A stretch of DNA of 64,000 bases, from positions 6,791,367 through 6,855,366 of the forward strand of contig MU054220.1 in NCBI GenBank assembly GCA_013239625.1, given 5' to 3'. Numbering within the stretch: position 1 is the first letter of the stretch; every line of letters begins with the position of its first letter. The notes under the pieces were generated by a model. The model was not told where the DNA came from. It searched no databases and was given only the letters and a program-made list of their open reading frames with translations. Both the position numbers and the translations under genes were made by a program. Below are positions 26,821 through 38,654 of the stretch, piece after piece. The stretch is from Lama guanicoe. Lineage: Eukaryota.

Positions 26821-27187
26821 ATGCCCCTGGTATTGCCCTGATGGGTTGGCATAACTATTTATAATTTAGAATGGATTATTTTTCTCAGTCAAGTGTTGTA
26901 TAAGCAACTAACACCGTTCTAGCTCTAAGGTGGCAGGGGAGAGGACATAGTAGAAGGAAAGCATAATAACCTTTTCCTTTCTAAGTATAAGTTGGCCGCT
27001 TTATCACCTTGAGTCTCCTGATTGACACATTCCACACATAGCATTCCACTTGATCACAGCATTCCATTTGATTGACATCTTTGAGTCAGTCTTAAAACCC
27101 TGAGAGTCCTTAGTTTTAAGAGCTTGAAGCTTTGAAATAACTGAGTAATAAGTATAATCCTAATAACACTTTAAATTTATATAGCAT

Positions 27188-27224
27188 TTATATATATATA
27201 TACACATATACATACGTGTGTATG

Positions 27225-27263
<39 letters not shown>
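27188..27263 (+). repeat. Compound (TA)n/(CA)/(TG)n microsatellite within a degraded antisense MIR (~27150-27400)
   Basis: Directly visible; the flanks resemble a MIR tail and core. Confidence 0.9.
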
Positions 27264-27264
<1 letters not shown>

Positions 27265-28239
27265 ATCTGATCTAATTTTCAGCATAACCTAAAGAGGTAT
27301 GAAAATATTTAAAATCAATGAATTCTTTTTTGAGAAAAAGAAACAAACTTTGTGACATTTTAGTGACTTTCTATATGTAAGGATGTTGGTGCATAACTGA
27401 GAGATGTCTAGAATCATTCTCCTAGTCTCCCCTGCCTGAATCTGTCACTATCCTTTGCCATCTACCTTTGACTTCCCTTGATGCAACCTTGATGTGGCAT
27501 TATATGTATTAAGTAACTCCAAACTTAACATTCAGTTGAAAATAGCAATTAACATATAATATTCAAAAGGATACACTTTATACTTGAAATTATTCCTAAG
27601 TGATTGTCATTTCAAATACCGCCCACCTTTAGCCAATGGCCATCCATGGGTGGCTACTCTTTAATGTAGAATTTTCATTACTGCCATACCTTTATCACTG
27701 TCTCCATGTAAATATCCATGATATTTTTACAGCCGCCTTACTCCAACAGAAACCAGTACATCTTAACCATACCAGGAAGCGTTTCAGTGTTTTGGGATCT
27801 ACCCAGCCTTAATTCTAAGAAAACTTTCTATTTTAAGACCCATAACACTATGTCATAATTCTCTCCATGGAGTTTTGTTTAAATGTGACCAAGATAAATG
27901 GAAGTATTTGAACTCTCTTTTATTTAGCAAAAGAGCTTTTAAACATCATGAACTTGAAAATATTAGAAGACTGAGTCAGACTAAGAGTTGAGTAAATACA
28001 ATGACAAATTTTGTATTAACATTACATTTTTGTTTTCTCCTATTTATTTTTCAATTAATTAATCAATTTACTTTGCAAATAATGCAAATGAAATGTAAAC
28101 TGTAAGTCAGTGTATTGTTGGGCAAGTCCATGATTTATTGGCCACCTTTACAAAATAATGCTGAGTCATTTTGTCATCTTCAACAATTACTCTGTTTTTA
28201 TTAAATTTCTGAGTTTCTGCGTAAAGTAACAATAATGTT

Positions 28240-28475
28240 TCCAACAAATGAGGTCTTTATTGACATCACTTATGTTCCTCAAAAGTTTATAATTTCTTCA
28301 TATGGATTTTGTACATTTATTTTATCTGTATTACTTACTAGATACTATTTTGTTTTGCATATTTTGAATTGGATTTTTTTCTTTCATCACTATTTCCTAA
28401 ATGGTTATTCTTGTACAGTCCACGTTCATTTTGTTAGATTAGCTCTATATGTAGCATGATTTGCACAGCTCATTC
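28240..28475 (-). mobile_element. Old L1M ORF2 fragment
   Basis: GTTTATAATTTCTTCATATGGATTTTGTACATTT...TTCCTAAATGGTTATTCTTGTA resembles antisense L1 ORF2. Confidence 0.55.
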
Positions 28476-28615
28476 TAGAAGCCTCAGAACAGATGGGATG
28501 GATTTAAATATAAGCAGCACTTGCTGGCTCTCACCCCTTGTAGAGACACTTGGAAGGAATCCAACACAAATCAACATCTAAGTACACATAGTATACACAT
28601 ACACACATTATTGAA

Positions 28616-28617
<2 letters not shown>

Positions 28618-28657
<40 letters not shown>
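28618..28657 (+). repeat. (GT)16 followed by (AT)n microsatellite
   Basis: Directly visible. Confidence 0.95.
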
Positions 28658-28959
28658 TTCTTTTTGAAGAGAGTTTTTCAGCTAACCATACATTTACAAG
28701 TATCTTTGCTTGTTTTTGTTCAAAGCCTTTTGCCCTGTCACTATGCAAAAATTTGTGAGATTAAGTAATGCTTACCTGAAACTTAAATCTTCATGGAAAC
28801 AAGCTCACCATCTCATCTCAAAAATGCAAAGTTTAGTAGGGGATCAAGAGTGGGCCTCAGAAGAGGTTAGTGTGAACGATCCAGCAGTGAGAGGAGGTAA
28901 GAGGAAAAGAGAACAACAGAAAAAAAGACGTCAGACCATATTAAAACATCTATATTTTA

Positions 28960-29098
28960 GGGAGAGGGTGAGGCTCAGTGGGAGAGTACGTGCTTAGCCC
29001 AGATGAGGTCCTAGATTCAATCCCCAGTACCTCCATTAAGACAAACAAACAAACAAACAAATAAATAAACAAACCTAGCTCCCCCCCCCCAAAAAAAA
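28960..29098 (+). mobile_element. tRNA-derived SINE, camelid type
   Basis: GGGAGAGGGTGAGGCTCAGTGGGAGAG (A box)...GTCCTAGATTCAATCCCCAGTACCTCCATTAAG (B box), then (CAAA)n/(TAAA)n, AAACCTAG, a C run and an A tail; this layout matches my recollection of the camelid SINE. Confidence 0.85.
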
Positions 29099-29664
29099 TT
29101 TTTTTTAGACTATAAGTATGCAACAGGTAGCCAGGCTACCCTAGCAAGTCTACCTCTCGTAACCCCTTCTTTAGCAAAGATTGATGAGTCCTAAATCATA
29201 TATCTAATTCAAATAAATATCTCCTTTATTTTCAAAATGCATTAGACCTGTTTTTACCCATGCTGGTATATACTACAGCAGAGGAGCAGATCAGAGCAGG
29301 GTGTGTTAAATCTGGATTCCCTAAATTGACAAAGAATACTCTCATGAGCCATGTTTGTACAAGAAAGCAAATTTACATTTACTTTCTCATTATAGGAAAT
29401 CACAGATCCAAACTCTTGACTGATCAACAAGCATGTTTAGTTTCCTATATTTTTAATATTTTAATCTTTGTTAGACCAAACACATGGATCAGAATATATC
29501 TTTACACATCTATATACGCCACCACATTATCCTTGTCATCTTCTTTTCTTTAACTGCATTATCCTAAAGTAAAATAACTTTGAAATTTCCAAATGAGATT
29601 TACAATTAGATACACATTTCCTCCATTTCATCTCTGTGGCTAAGCTGATTTTAGGAAGAATATT

Positions 29665-30200
29665 GAGATTTCTGCTTCTGGCCATAATGAAATAGTTGGA
29701 ATGAATTTATCTTCCTACCGTAAACAACTAGAGATTTGAACAAAAAAGTATAAGACAGCTGTTTACACATGTTGGACAACAGGAAGCACAGAACTCATTG
29801 GTCCACGAGAGAAGAGAAACAAGATGATTTCTATTAGCAACTTGGATTTGCTTCCTAAATAATAGTGTGAATAGAGAACATCAGTCCTACCGAGTTGAGG
29901 CGACAAAGGTGGATATTTGTGGAGGCTGAAGTCATTTGACTTTGTAGGAGGGAGAACTGGAGATAAGGGACTTGCACAAAGAAAGAGTGCAGGGTTCTTC
30001 TGTGGAGTCATCCTGCATCTGTTGCAGAATATTCATCCAGTATGAACGGATTGAAACTGCATGCGCCCAAGCAAAGGGTGACTGGGAATTGTAGACTGAA
30101 CAATTCCTAGAGCACAAACAGGGCAAGAAGCTCAGCATGTTCTAATTAGTCAGATAATAATTCAAGAATAATTTAAGAATTATTGAATTTCTGCCTTAAA
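29665..30200 (+). mobile_element. L1ME/L1MD-type 5' end
   Basis: TTCTGCTTCTGGCCATAATG...CTTCCTACCGTAAACAACTAG...TTGGACAACAGG...GACTGAACAATTCCTAGAGC. Confidence 0.65.
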
Positions 30201-30209
30201 ATCCCATTT

Positions 30210-31140
30210 GAGGCCTGTTTCTAGCATATGTAAAGAACACTTACAACTGAAAAATAAAGTGGCTAAGAACCCAATCAAAAAAAACAATGGCAAAGACTTT
30301 GAATAGACATTTCACTAAAGAATTTGGCCAATGAACCTATGAAAAAGTGCTCAGCTTCACTAATCATCAGGAATATACAACGTAAAAACCACGGAGATAC
30401 TTCCACATACCCAGTAGGATTACAAAAGTTAAAAAATAAATACTAATAATACCAAATGTTCATGAAAATGTGGACCAATGTTCATGTAAAAATAAAATTG
30501 TTCAACCACTTTGGGAAAAGGTGAGGCAGTTTCTTGTAAAGTTAAACCATATTACCCAGAAATATAAACTCTAGGTATTTATACAAAAAAAGTCCACACA
30601 AAGACTCATGTAAATGTTCACTGCAACTTCATAATAGCCCTAAATCGGGAACAGCCCAAATATCCATCTACTGGTAAGTGGATAAATCAATTGCCATACG
30701 TTTTTACAATGGAATACCATTCATCAATGAAAGTAACAAACTGTCACTGCAAGAAACAATATGCATCTCAAAATTACGCTGAATGAAAGAAGACAGACAT
30801 GAAAGAATATGTGGCATGTGATTTCACATATGTGGAATTATAGAAAAGGTAAATCAAATCTGACCAACAGAAACCAGCAAATCAGTAGTTGTCTGGGGCC
30901 AGGAATGAGGTAGGTAATTGTCTGCAAGTACATGAGTGAACATTGTGGCTCTCGACTTTTGAAGAAAAGAACAAGTTCTATATCTTGATTGTGGGAATGG
31001 TTACATGGATACGTGCATTTATCAAAACTCATCAAACTGGACACATGAATAAATACAGAAATGGTCTATTTGAATGATTTAAAACTGTCCTCAAACTTGA
31101 TTTAAAGTTTAATAAAACCTATTTAAAGTCAGGCCAAAAA
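30210..31140 (+). mobile_element. L1ME1-like ORF2 end and 3' UTR
   Basis: AATGGCAAAGACTTTGAATAGACATTTCACTAAAGAA, ACCACTTTGGGAAA, GGAACAGCCCAAATATCCATC, ATCTTGATTGTGGGAATGGTTACATGG, CAAAACTCATCAAACTG. Confidence 0.9.
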
Positions 31141-32619
31141 AATGAAAAGAAAAATAAACTTGCTTTCCTCACTGAAATAAATTTTGCCTGTAAGAAAGAA
31201 GAAATGGCTTATCTTTTGTAGTCCCACACCTTCATTATTTTCTGCTGTAAACTAAGAAAATAATTCTTGGACTATTAGGAATGGCATGGAATGTTTCCCT
31301 CTTGAGAGAAGGTTCTGCTCTGCCAACACATGTCAATACTGTTAATCTTATCATTCCTGAAAGTATGGTTTTAGACTGAAGAAGAGTAGTAGAAACTGTA
31401 TAGTTTTCTTTTATGTGTAGTTTTTGAACCACATGTTGGCTAATTCTATCTTGCTCATAAGAAAGAACACAAAGCAGAAGGAGCAACCAGTGACAACTCT
31501 GTTGTGCTTCATAAACGCCTAGTCTGCACCATCCGGCTCTTTCAGGTCTTTATGAATCTTAGCAATCACATCAGGTGTCCTAAATCAGTATAGTTTTGTT
31601 GCTTATGTCAGGAATTGGGCAGTGTTTTGAGTCAGAGCGGCTCTGGTTTGCCAGAGGAATGTAATTGAGAGATCGATTCTACCTGAAGCTTTGATGGAAG
31701 AAAGAAATGTCTCATACTAAGTGACTAAGCTACAGTTATGTTCTTACGGAAGCTGATTACCTCCTTTAGATCATTGTGTGTGTGCCGCAAGGCATGACAA
31801 GCCAAGCCATACAACAAGGCTGTTGGATTTCTCCCCAGGCCAATCAGCCAGTGTCAGCCTTCCGCACTGTCTCCTGCTTCCCTCTCCGAAACTACACAAA
31901 GTGTAGGCAACCCCAGGAACAGTCACCTCTGGGAAAATGTCTCTTTATTCTCTAGAGAAGTCCTACGATGACAGTGATCCATCACCATCGTGTCAATCCC
32001 TGGACACTGTGAGTGCCTTATTGGTAACGTGTGAAAATACAACAATATTGCCAAGTGGCAGAAGTCAAGAAAATAGTAGTTACACTCCAGATTTCTGAGG
32101 GGCTTCTAAAACACCAAGGATGGAAGTTTGTCTACAAATCATCCCAACGTTTACCCCAGGAACATTGTTTCACACCTCAGTGTGAAAGAAAACAGAACCA
32201 TGGCACTCTTTCCTGATGCCTTATCTTAATACATGGCATTTGACCGAAAACTGGCCCTTTATGATGCCTTGTAAACGTGAACTTGAAGTTGCTCAATAGT
32301 CTGATGCTCTGTGAAAACGGAAGTCAGTTTTTCCTGTAAAAACTAACAAGTGTATTTTGCTGAGTGCCTAATAGAATGTGATACATCTTTAGCAGAGTCT
32401 GTAAAACTCTGGTCAGCTTGTTATCTTCATAAAGAGATCTAGGGCCATATTGTCTCTTTAGACATCCACATGTAGTCAATTTCAACATCAATTTCAACAC
32501 GCAGTTTCAACAGCAGGAAAGCTGATGCTGCATATGAGGCTTCATTCAGCTCAGCCTACCCCCATCCCACCCCCTCATACCCCCACATATCAGATTAAGT
32601 GCCTTTCTCAAGGTAAAAC

Positions 32620-32865
32620 AGCTAACTGCAAGCTTTTCCCAGGTTGTAGGAAGCGTGCTAAATGATTCCCATCCATTTTCTCACTTAATCCTCTAGAAGT
32701 ATGATGCTGTCACTGTTAGCACTGCAATTTTCGAGCTGAAGACACAGGCTTCAAATTGTGGCATAAACCGCCCCAGGACACGCAGCTAGTAAATGGCAAG
32801 CCCCAAATTTGATGCAAGGTTTATGAATTCAGTCAACGTGCTGGAAACACTCTAGCACTGTGTTC
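32620..32865 (-). mobile_element. SINE MIR
   Basis: CTCACTTAATCCTC...CCCCAGGACACGCAGCTAGTAAATGGCAAGCC. Confidence 0.75.
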
Positions 32866-33167
32866 TCTGTTATCACCCATGTTAGTGGCAGGGTCAGGAC
32901 TACAACTAAACAGGATCATAAACATATTCCTCAACAGGTCTGTAATTGGATGAGTTTTATGTCATGAACTATTCCATTATGTATTGCTGTGCCACCTCAG
33001 GGGGAGATGCATGACACGGATACTCCTAAATGATGAACGAGCCAAAAATAATTTAGCCTTGAAATGTATTTTTATATGTAACAGTGAGCACTACTGCATA
33101 TTATGCTCCAACCAGAGGAGTCTGCAAAGAATTTATTCTGGGAGAAATGAATAGTGTAGGTTTTTTG

Positions 33168-33518
33168 CAGCGGTCAGCAAACTCTTTTTGGTAAAGGACC
33201 AGATAGTAAATATTTAGACTTTGTGAGCCATATGGTGTCTGTTAGAACTACTCAGCTCTGCCTTGGGAGGCATAATAGCCAGAGACATAAGCAGCCATAG
33301 GCAACTTGTAACGGACAAGCCTTGCTGTTTTCTAATAAAACTTTGTCTGTGGACACTAACATTTGAATTTCACAAAATGTTCACATGTCATTAAATACAA
33401 TTTTTCTTTTGTTTTTTTTCAACCTTTTAAAAACACAAAAATCACTCTTAGTCTGCAAGCTATACAAAAACAGATGGCAGGCTGGATTTGAGCCAGGAGG
33501 CAAAGTTGGCTGACCCTG
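33168..33518 (+). mobile_element. MER58B-like hAT-Charlie non-autonomous DNA transposon
   Basis: TIRs CAGCGGTCAGCAAACT / AGTTGGCTGACCCTG; internal GTAAAGGACCAGATAGTAAATATTTAG and TTTGAATTTCACA; ~350 bp. Confidence 0.88.
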
Positions 33519-33904
33519 CTCTTCTGTATCACCAGTTATCTGTTATCTGCCCTCAGTCTAATCTCACACTAATGTGAGGGGTTGGTCAAAACTGGTGGCT
33601 CCTCTTTCCTTCAGTTTCTTTCTTACCCTCTGCTTCATGTAACTCCCTTTTCTCCGTTCGTTTACTCTGAATGCATGCGTGTTTCCTGGTTCCCACCTTT
33701 CAAGGAAGATAACTCTAATGATTAATCGCCCCCCTGTCTCAGTTGCTTTGGGGAAGTTGGCTGATAAAGAAAGGAGAAGAATCTTGAAAGATTTTAATGA
33801 AATGACCAAAGAACTGATAAATAGGATATGGTAATTTGGACAAAAAGCAGGACTCCACAACATCTGACTCTAATTTCCTTACCGATTTAGTGGACAATAG
33901 GGGT

Positions 33905-34471
33905 ATAGATCACCCAATCAAATGTGTGCTAAATATCTCCCACATACCAAGGACTAGGCTAGGCCTTGAAGTATAGTATGGAGCAAAATCAACATGGCTT
34001 ACGGTCTCTTGGACTAGCAAGAATTAATCAAATAAATTATTATGTTAATTATCATGTAAATTTAATTGTGTAAATCATCACTAAGTTAAAAATACATGAA
34101 GAACAGGTAAATAGTATTATAAGAATATGTAACAGGTATACGACCTTATCTGAGTACTCATGGAAGTCTTCCCAGTGGAAATGGCATTTGAACTGAGATC
34201 TGAAGGATGTAGAAGAATCGATTATCAAAGGAGGAGGTGAGAAATCACTTCAGCAGGACAAACCAGCACAGGCAAGGCATTTTGAGAAACTGAAAACAAC
34301 CAGTAGAAGTTAAATGTGAAAACCAAGGGGAAAAGCAGTAAGACATAAGGTTACAGAGATTTGTTGGGACCAAATCATGCAAGGATTTATAGGCTCTACT
34401 GAAGGAACATCATGTAGGGGAAAAAATAGTTCTTGATCATTGGTGTTTATGAATGGTGGGATATGTAGGAG
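33905..34471 (-). mobile_element. LINE L2 3' part, interrupted by an MLT2 LTR
   Basis: Antisense L2 tail and GGAAGTCTTCCCAGTGGAAATGGCATTTGAACTGAGATCTGAAGGATG. Confidence 0.8.
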
Positions 34472-35036
34472 TATGATGGTTAATTTTGTATGTCAATTTG
34501 ACTGGGTTACAGGGTGCTCAGATATTTGGTCAGACATCATTCTGGATGTGACTGTGAGAGTGTTTTGGTGAGATTACCATTTAAATCAGTAGACTGAGTA
34601 AAGCAGATACCCTCCATAATGTGGGTGACCCTCCACCAATTAGTTGAAGACCTGAATAAAACAAAAATGCATAGTAGGAGGAAACTTCACTTCCCTGAAA
34701 GATTGAGCTGAAATGTTGGTCTTTTCCTGCCTTGGAACTGGAACTTATATTATTGGCACTCTTGGTTCTCAGGTCTTTGGATGTGGACTAGAATTATATC
34801 CCTGACTCTCCTGGGTATCCAGCTTGCCAGCTACCTTTGGGGACTGCTCGGCCTCCATAATCACACGAGCCTATACCTTATAATAAACCTCTTTATATAT
34901 TAAATTAAAATAGGACAAAAGGAGATATATATACTATTTATGTGTGTATATATATATATACACTAACATAAATAGTTTTGTATACATATATGTATGTGTG
35001 TGTGTATATGTATAAATAAAATGCATATACTAACAA
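34472..35036 (+). mobile_element. ERVL solo LTR, MLT2B-like; 3' part replaced by AT/GT microsatellite
   Basis: TATGATGGTTAATTTTGTATGTCAATTTGACTGGG...CAGTAGACTGAGTAAAGCAGA...GCCTCCATAATCACACGAGCC...AATAAA; 5-bp TSD AGGAG at 34467-71 and 35037-41. Confidence 0.9.
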
Positions 35037-35041
35037 AGGAG

Positions 35042-36085
35042 CAAATATGGGTGATACAATTAGTAATTTATTATAAAAGTCCAAACAAGCAATTATGGTA
35101 ACTTGGAGTTGGGTCTTACCAATTGATATAGAAGATAGTAGAAATATCCATTAAATACACAGATACTAAAAATATGAACATAAATAGATGATGAATTGGA
35201 TGGAGTAGACTGGATTAAAGAAAAGTCTGGTGTTGAGGATAATTCCTGGCTTTATGGTTTACATAAAGAGATGGATGGTGTATATACACTGATGCTGAAT
35301 ACAGATATGGACTGAGTTTCTTTGGGAAAAGCTCATTAGATTATGAGGTCATTTTGGACAGACTGAATTTAAAATGTCTTTGGGAGGAACAAAAATGACT
35401 GCTTAGGTTTCCAAACATCATCTCAGTATGTAGTTTCCTACAGATGTGCATGAACCTGATGAATAAGTTTAGGGCACAGAAATATAATTTTGAGAGTCAT
35501 TGACAAATAAGTGGTTCATTGATATGCTATAATGAGATTGCCTACAGAGAGAATATTTAACAATAACAACACCGAAAGCCAAAATAGAATGGTGTGAAAA
35601 TGAACCTTGAGGAACTTTTATGATCTACAACAAAAAGAGGCACCAGAAAAAAAAGATACAGAAATCAGAAGCTCAATGAAGCATATTTTTCAAGAAGGGA
35701 GAGTAGTTGTCAAGATTGAGGTATATTGAGAAGTCAAGTAAATTGAAGACTTAAAAAAAATCCCATATGATTCAGTGATACGGAAGTCTTTGGTGACCTT
35801 CATGAAACTTTGTCTGGATACACAATCAACATGGATCCAAATGCATGAAATTGGAAAAAATGGGCATAAATTAATAAAATCAAATATATACAATTCTTGA
35901 GAGGCTTATCGGTGAAAAGAAACTAAGGGACAAGGAAGTAGAGGAAGGATATGGAAGTAAGACAGTTGTGTTTTTGGATGGATTTTGGACAGTGAGACTT
36001 GGACGTTTGTAAATGACAAGTGGTCTGATGCAATTAAGATGGAGAGACTGAAAATACAAGAAGAAGAGAAATGTTGATTATCAAT
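35042..36085 (-). mobile_element. LINE L2 continuation
   Basis: GAGGATAATTCCTGGCTTT, TTTTGGACAGACTGAATTTAAAATG, GAGAAGTCAAGTAAA, GTCTTTGGTGACCTT, in the expected antisense L2 order. Confidence 0.75.
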
Positions 36086-36769
36086 GGTTACTGAGTCTTC
36101 ACTTTCTTTCTGTGGTCCTGAATTTTATCACGTTTTGTGGGTTGCATGATTCTGTGAGTGCATATTGGTGTCAGAAGACAAAGGGGACTTGCTCTATATT
36201 TTCAGGTTGCACATTTAAATAGTCAAATGGAAGAGATGAAAAATAAAGAAAGTCACAAAAATTTGATATATGAACCAGGCTGATTCTAGTTTCTATTGTT
36301 TGGTTTGCTCCTGAGTCCCTGCCTTTTCACCCATCCCTAGTATCTTTACAGTCTTAGCCTCTTCTTTTTTTTTCCCCCCCAGAGCCTTAGAAATTCATAA
36401 AACTCTTCACTCCAGTGTCTCACAGAGACTCATACTCTTAAGTGAACTATTTGCAAAATATTGGTTATTAATATATTAATTTAAACATAAAGAAACCCTC
36501 CTTGGTGCGCCTGTAGCCCTTAATTTGCCTATATCTGAAATCGTATAATCTATTTCTCCAGGTAAAGAGAACATTTAAATTCATTATACCCCTAAACCAG
36601 GGACCTTATTTTTCTAGGACCTAATTGCCATCTAAATGGCAGTGGAACAGGACCCCAAGTCATCCCCTGAGCAATCAATATATAAATCTAAAGACTTCTA
36701 AAGCCTCAGAATCATTGATAAGGTCAACTATTGGAGCAGCCATAATTTTTGAAGCCAATTACTCAATAA

Positions 36770-36885
36770 AACATAGCTCCTTAGAGGCAAGGATCTTCTG
36801 TAATTTATCTTCCATTCCAAGTCACCTTAGCACAGTAGAGAAGAGAAGATGCCCAGGAAATATTTGCTGAATAAATGGTGAATGA
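36770..36885 (+). mobile_element. L2 3' tail
   Basis: AGCTCCTTAGAGGCAAGGATC...CTTAGCACAGT...AAATATTTGCTGAATAAATG. Confidence 0.75.
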
Positions 36886-37169
36886 TGTTTGTTCTCTCAG
36901 CTCAGACTTGCCCTTTGCAGGAGATATATTCCTCAACATAAACCTCCAGCAAACGGCACTGCATTGAAGTTACTCTCAATGTCACTCTCCAGATGTCATC
37001 ATCAGCACGTGATGCGTTCTTACTCTTAGAGCCCTGAGATGTGAAACATTTAAGGTTTCAGAGGCATAAAATAACGAAAGTATCCTGTCGAGAAATGTTT
37101 TATCTCTGAGGATTTGAGGAAGCCAATATTTCTGTCTCTAACTCCCTGACCTAGAGTGTTACTATTTAT

Positions 37170-37325
37170 CAGTGGATTCCAACAGGGGTGCTGTTATCAT
37201 CTGAGCCAGGACAACTCTTTATGTGGGACCTTCTCTGCAGATTGCAGGATGTTTAGCATCCCTTCACCCTGCCCTTGTATTTCCATAGTACTTGCTGTCC
37301 TAGTCATTGTGAAAAAACAAACAAA
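37170..37325 (-). mobile_element. MER20-like hAT fragment
   Basis: ATTGCAGGATGTTTAGCATCCC...AGTCATTGTGA. Confidence 0.5.
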
Positions 37326-38654
37326 AAAAAGTGTTCTTGGAACCAAAGGAAACTTGTAGGAGAAGGCAGCAAACTGCTAAGAAAGAAGTAGCAAAAACTA
37401 ACCTCACAGAGCTTGCTTTGATTCAGCTAGCTAACTGTGAGAGCAGATAGAGGATGACGGATATGACTAGCCAAAAAGAGAGAGAGACAGAAAGAGATGC
37501 AATTTATTTTCTGAGGGAAAAATATAAGAACAGCAGTGGACTTCTGAGCAATATAATGATTCTTCTACTAACACATGAACTTTCAGGCAACGTGTACTGA
37601 GAGAAAGCCGCAGAGACAGGTGAAAGAAGCAAAATGTAGTAAGTGTGAGATAATTCAGAAATGCTACCCTCATCCTACTCACCCTCATTCCAAACTTCTG
37701 TTATCAAGAAAAGAATTTTTAGAGGAACTAAGGCAGTTGGTTTCTGAACTGTTTCCTTCTTATAACTGGGTTAATTAAGAAGCTGCCATATTCACTGTCA
37801 GTCATCTAAAAGGACCAGTCTCAGCAGAGGGCAGGTAGAATGAAAAGGTGAGAAAGTCACGTTGTTAGATTGCAGTGGGAAAGAAGAAGAGTTTTAGGAG
37901 TGACGTTTATGTGTGTGTGAGTGAAACTTGCTTGTTCAATCATATAAGCAAAGAGACTACTATATCTGCAAAGAAGGGTGGTGAGCAAGTGTTGTTGTGG
38001 GATATGCGGTTTTGCTACCCAACCATAATGAATTCCTAGCAAAGTATGAAGAAAGAGCCTGATGAAACGGGCATAACACTAATGCCCAGGACTTCCTCTT
38101 GCATCAATCATGCATCCGTTGGTTTTCAAATGGTTGGAATGAAAAGTACTGGTTTTTAAGATCAGTTTCTAAATAATGTTAGAGAAAATGATTTTTAAAT
38201 AGTATATTGTTTAGAATGCTTCATTATATCTATTAACATAGCCAAGACTTTCACATTTTAAGGTTTCCTTGGACCTGTTTAACTTTTTAGGTAAGCTATT
38301 TGTCAGTCTTTGAAAGACAAAAGCTTTCCAATTATCCAAATACCAAGGAATCTTTTTCTTGTGGAGAAACTGCCTGGCTCCAGCTTCCCCAGTGCACATG
38401 GTGTGTTCACTGGAACAGGACACTTGGATGTAAGCTTTGAAATGTTTTAAGTTCCTTGCAGCCTGAAATGGGAAGCAAAAGTAGATTTGGCTCCAAAAAG
38501 GAAATTAAGTTAACAAAGTGCTGCATAATAAATGAAGCTAAACCCCAGTTTGGCTAAAGAGGTGAACCATGTTTAATTAGCGTAGCAATAGACTATGTAA
38601 AGGATACTTTAAGCATGCTAAACGTTCTTGAAAATAATTTATAGCCTTTAGTAA

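Noticed and set aside
28960-29035. Possible tRNA gene
   Set aside because: A/B-box-like head, but diverged and followed by a SINE body and A-rich tail; it is a SINE.
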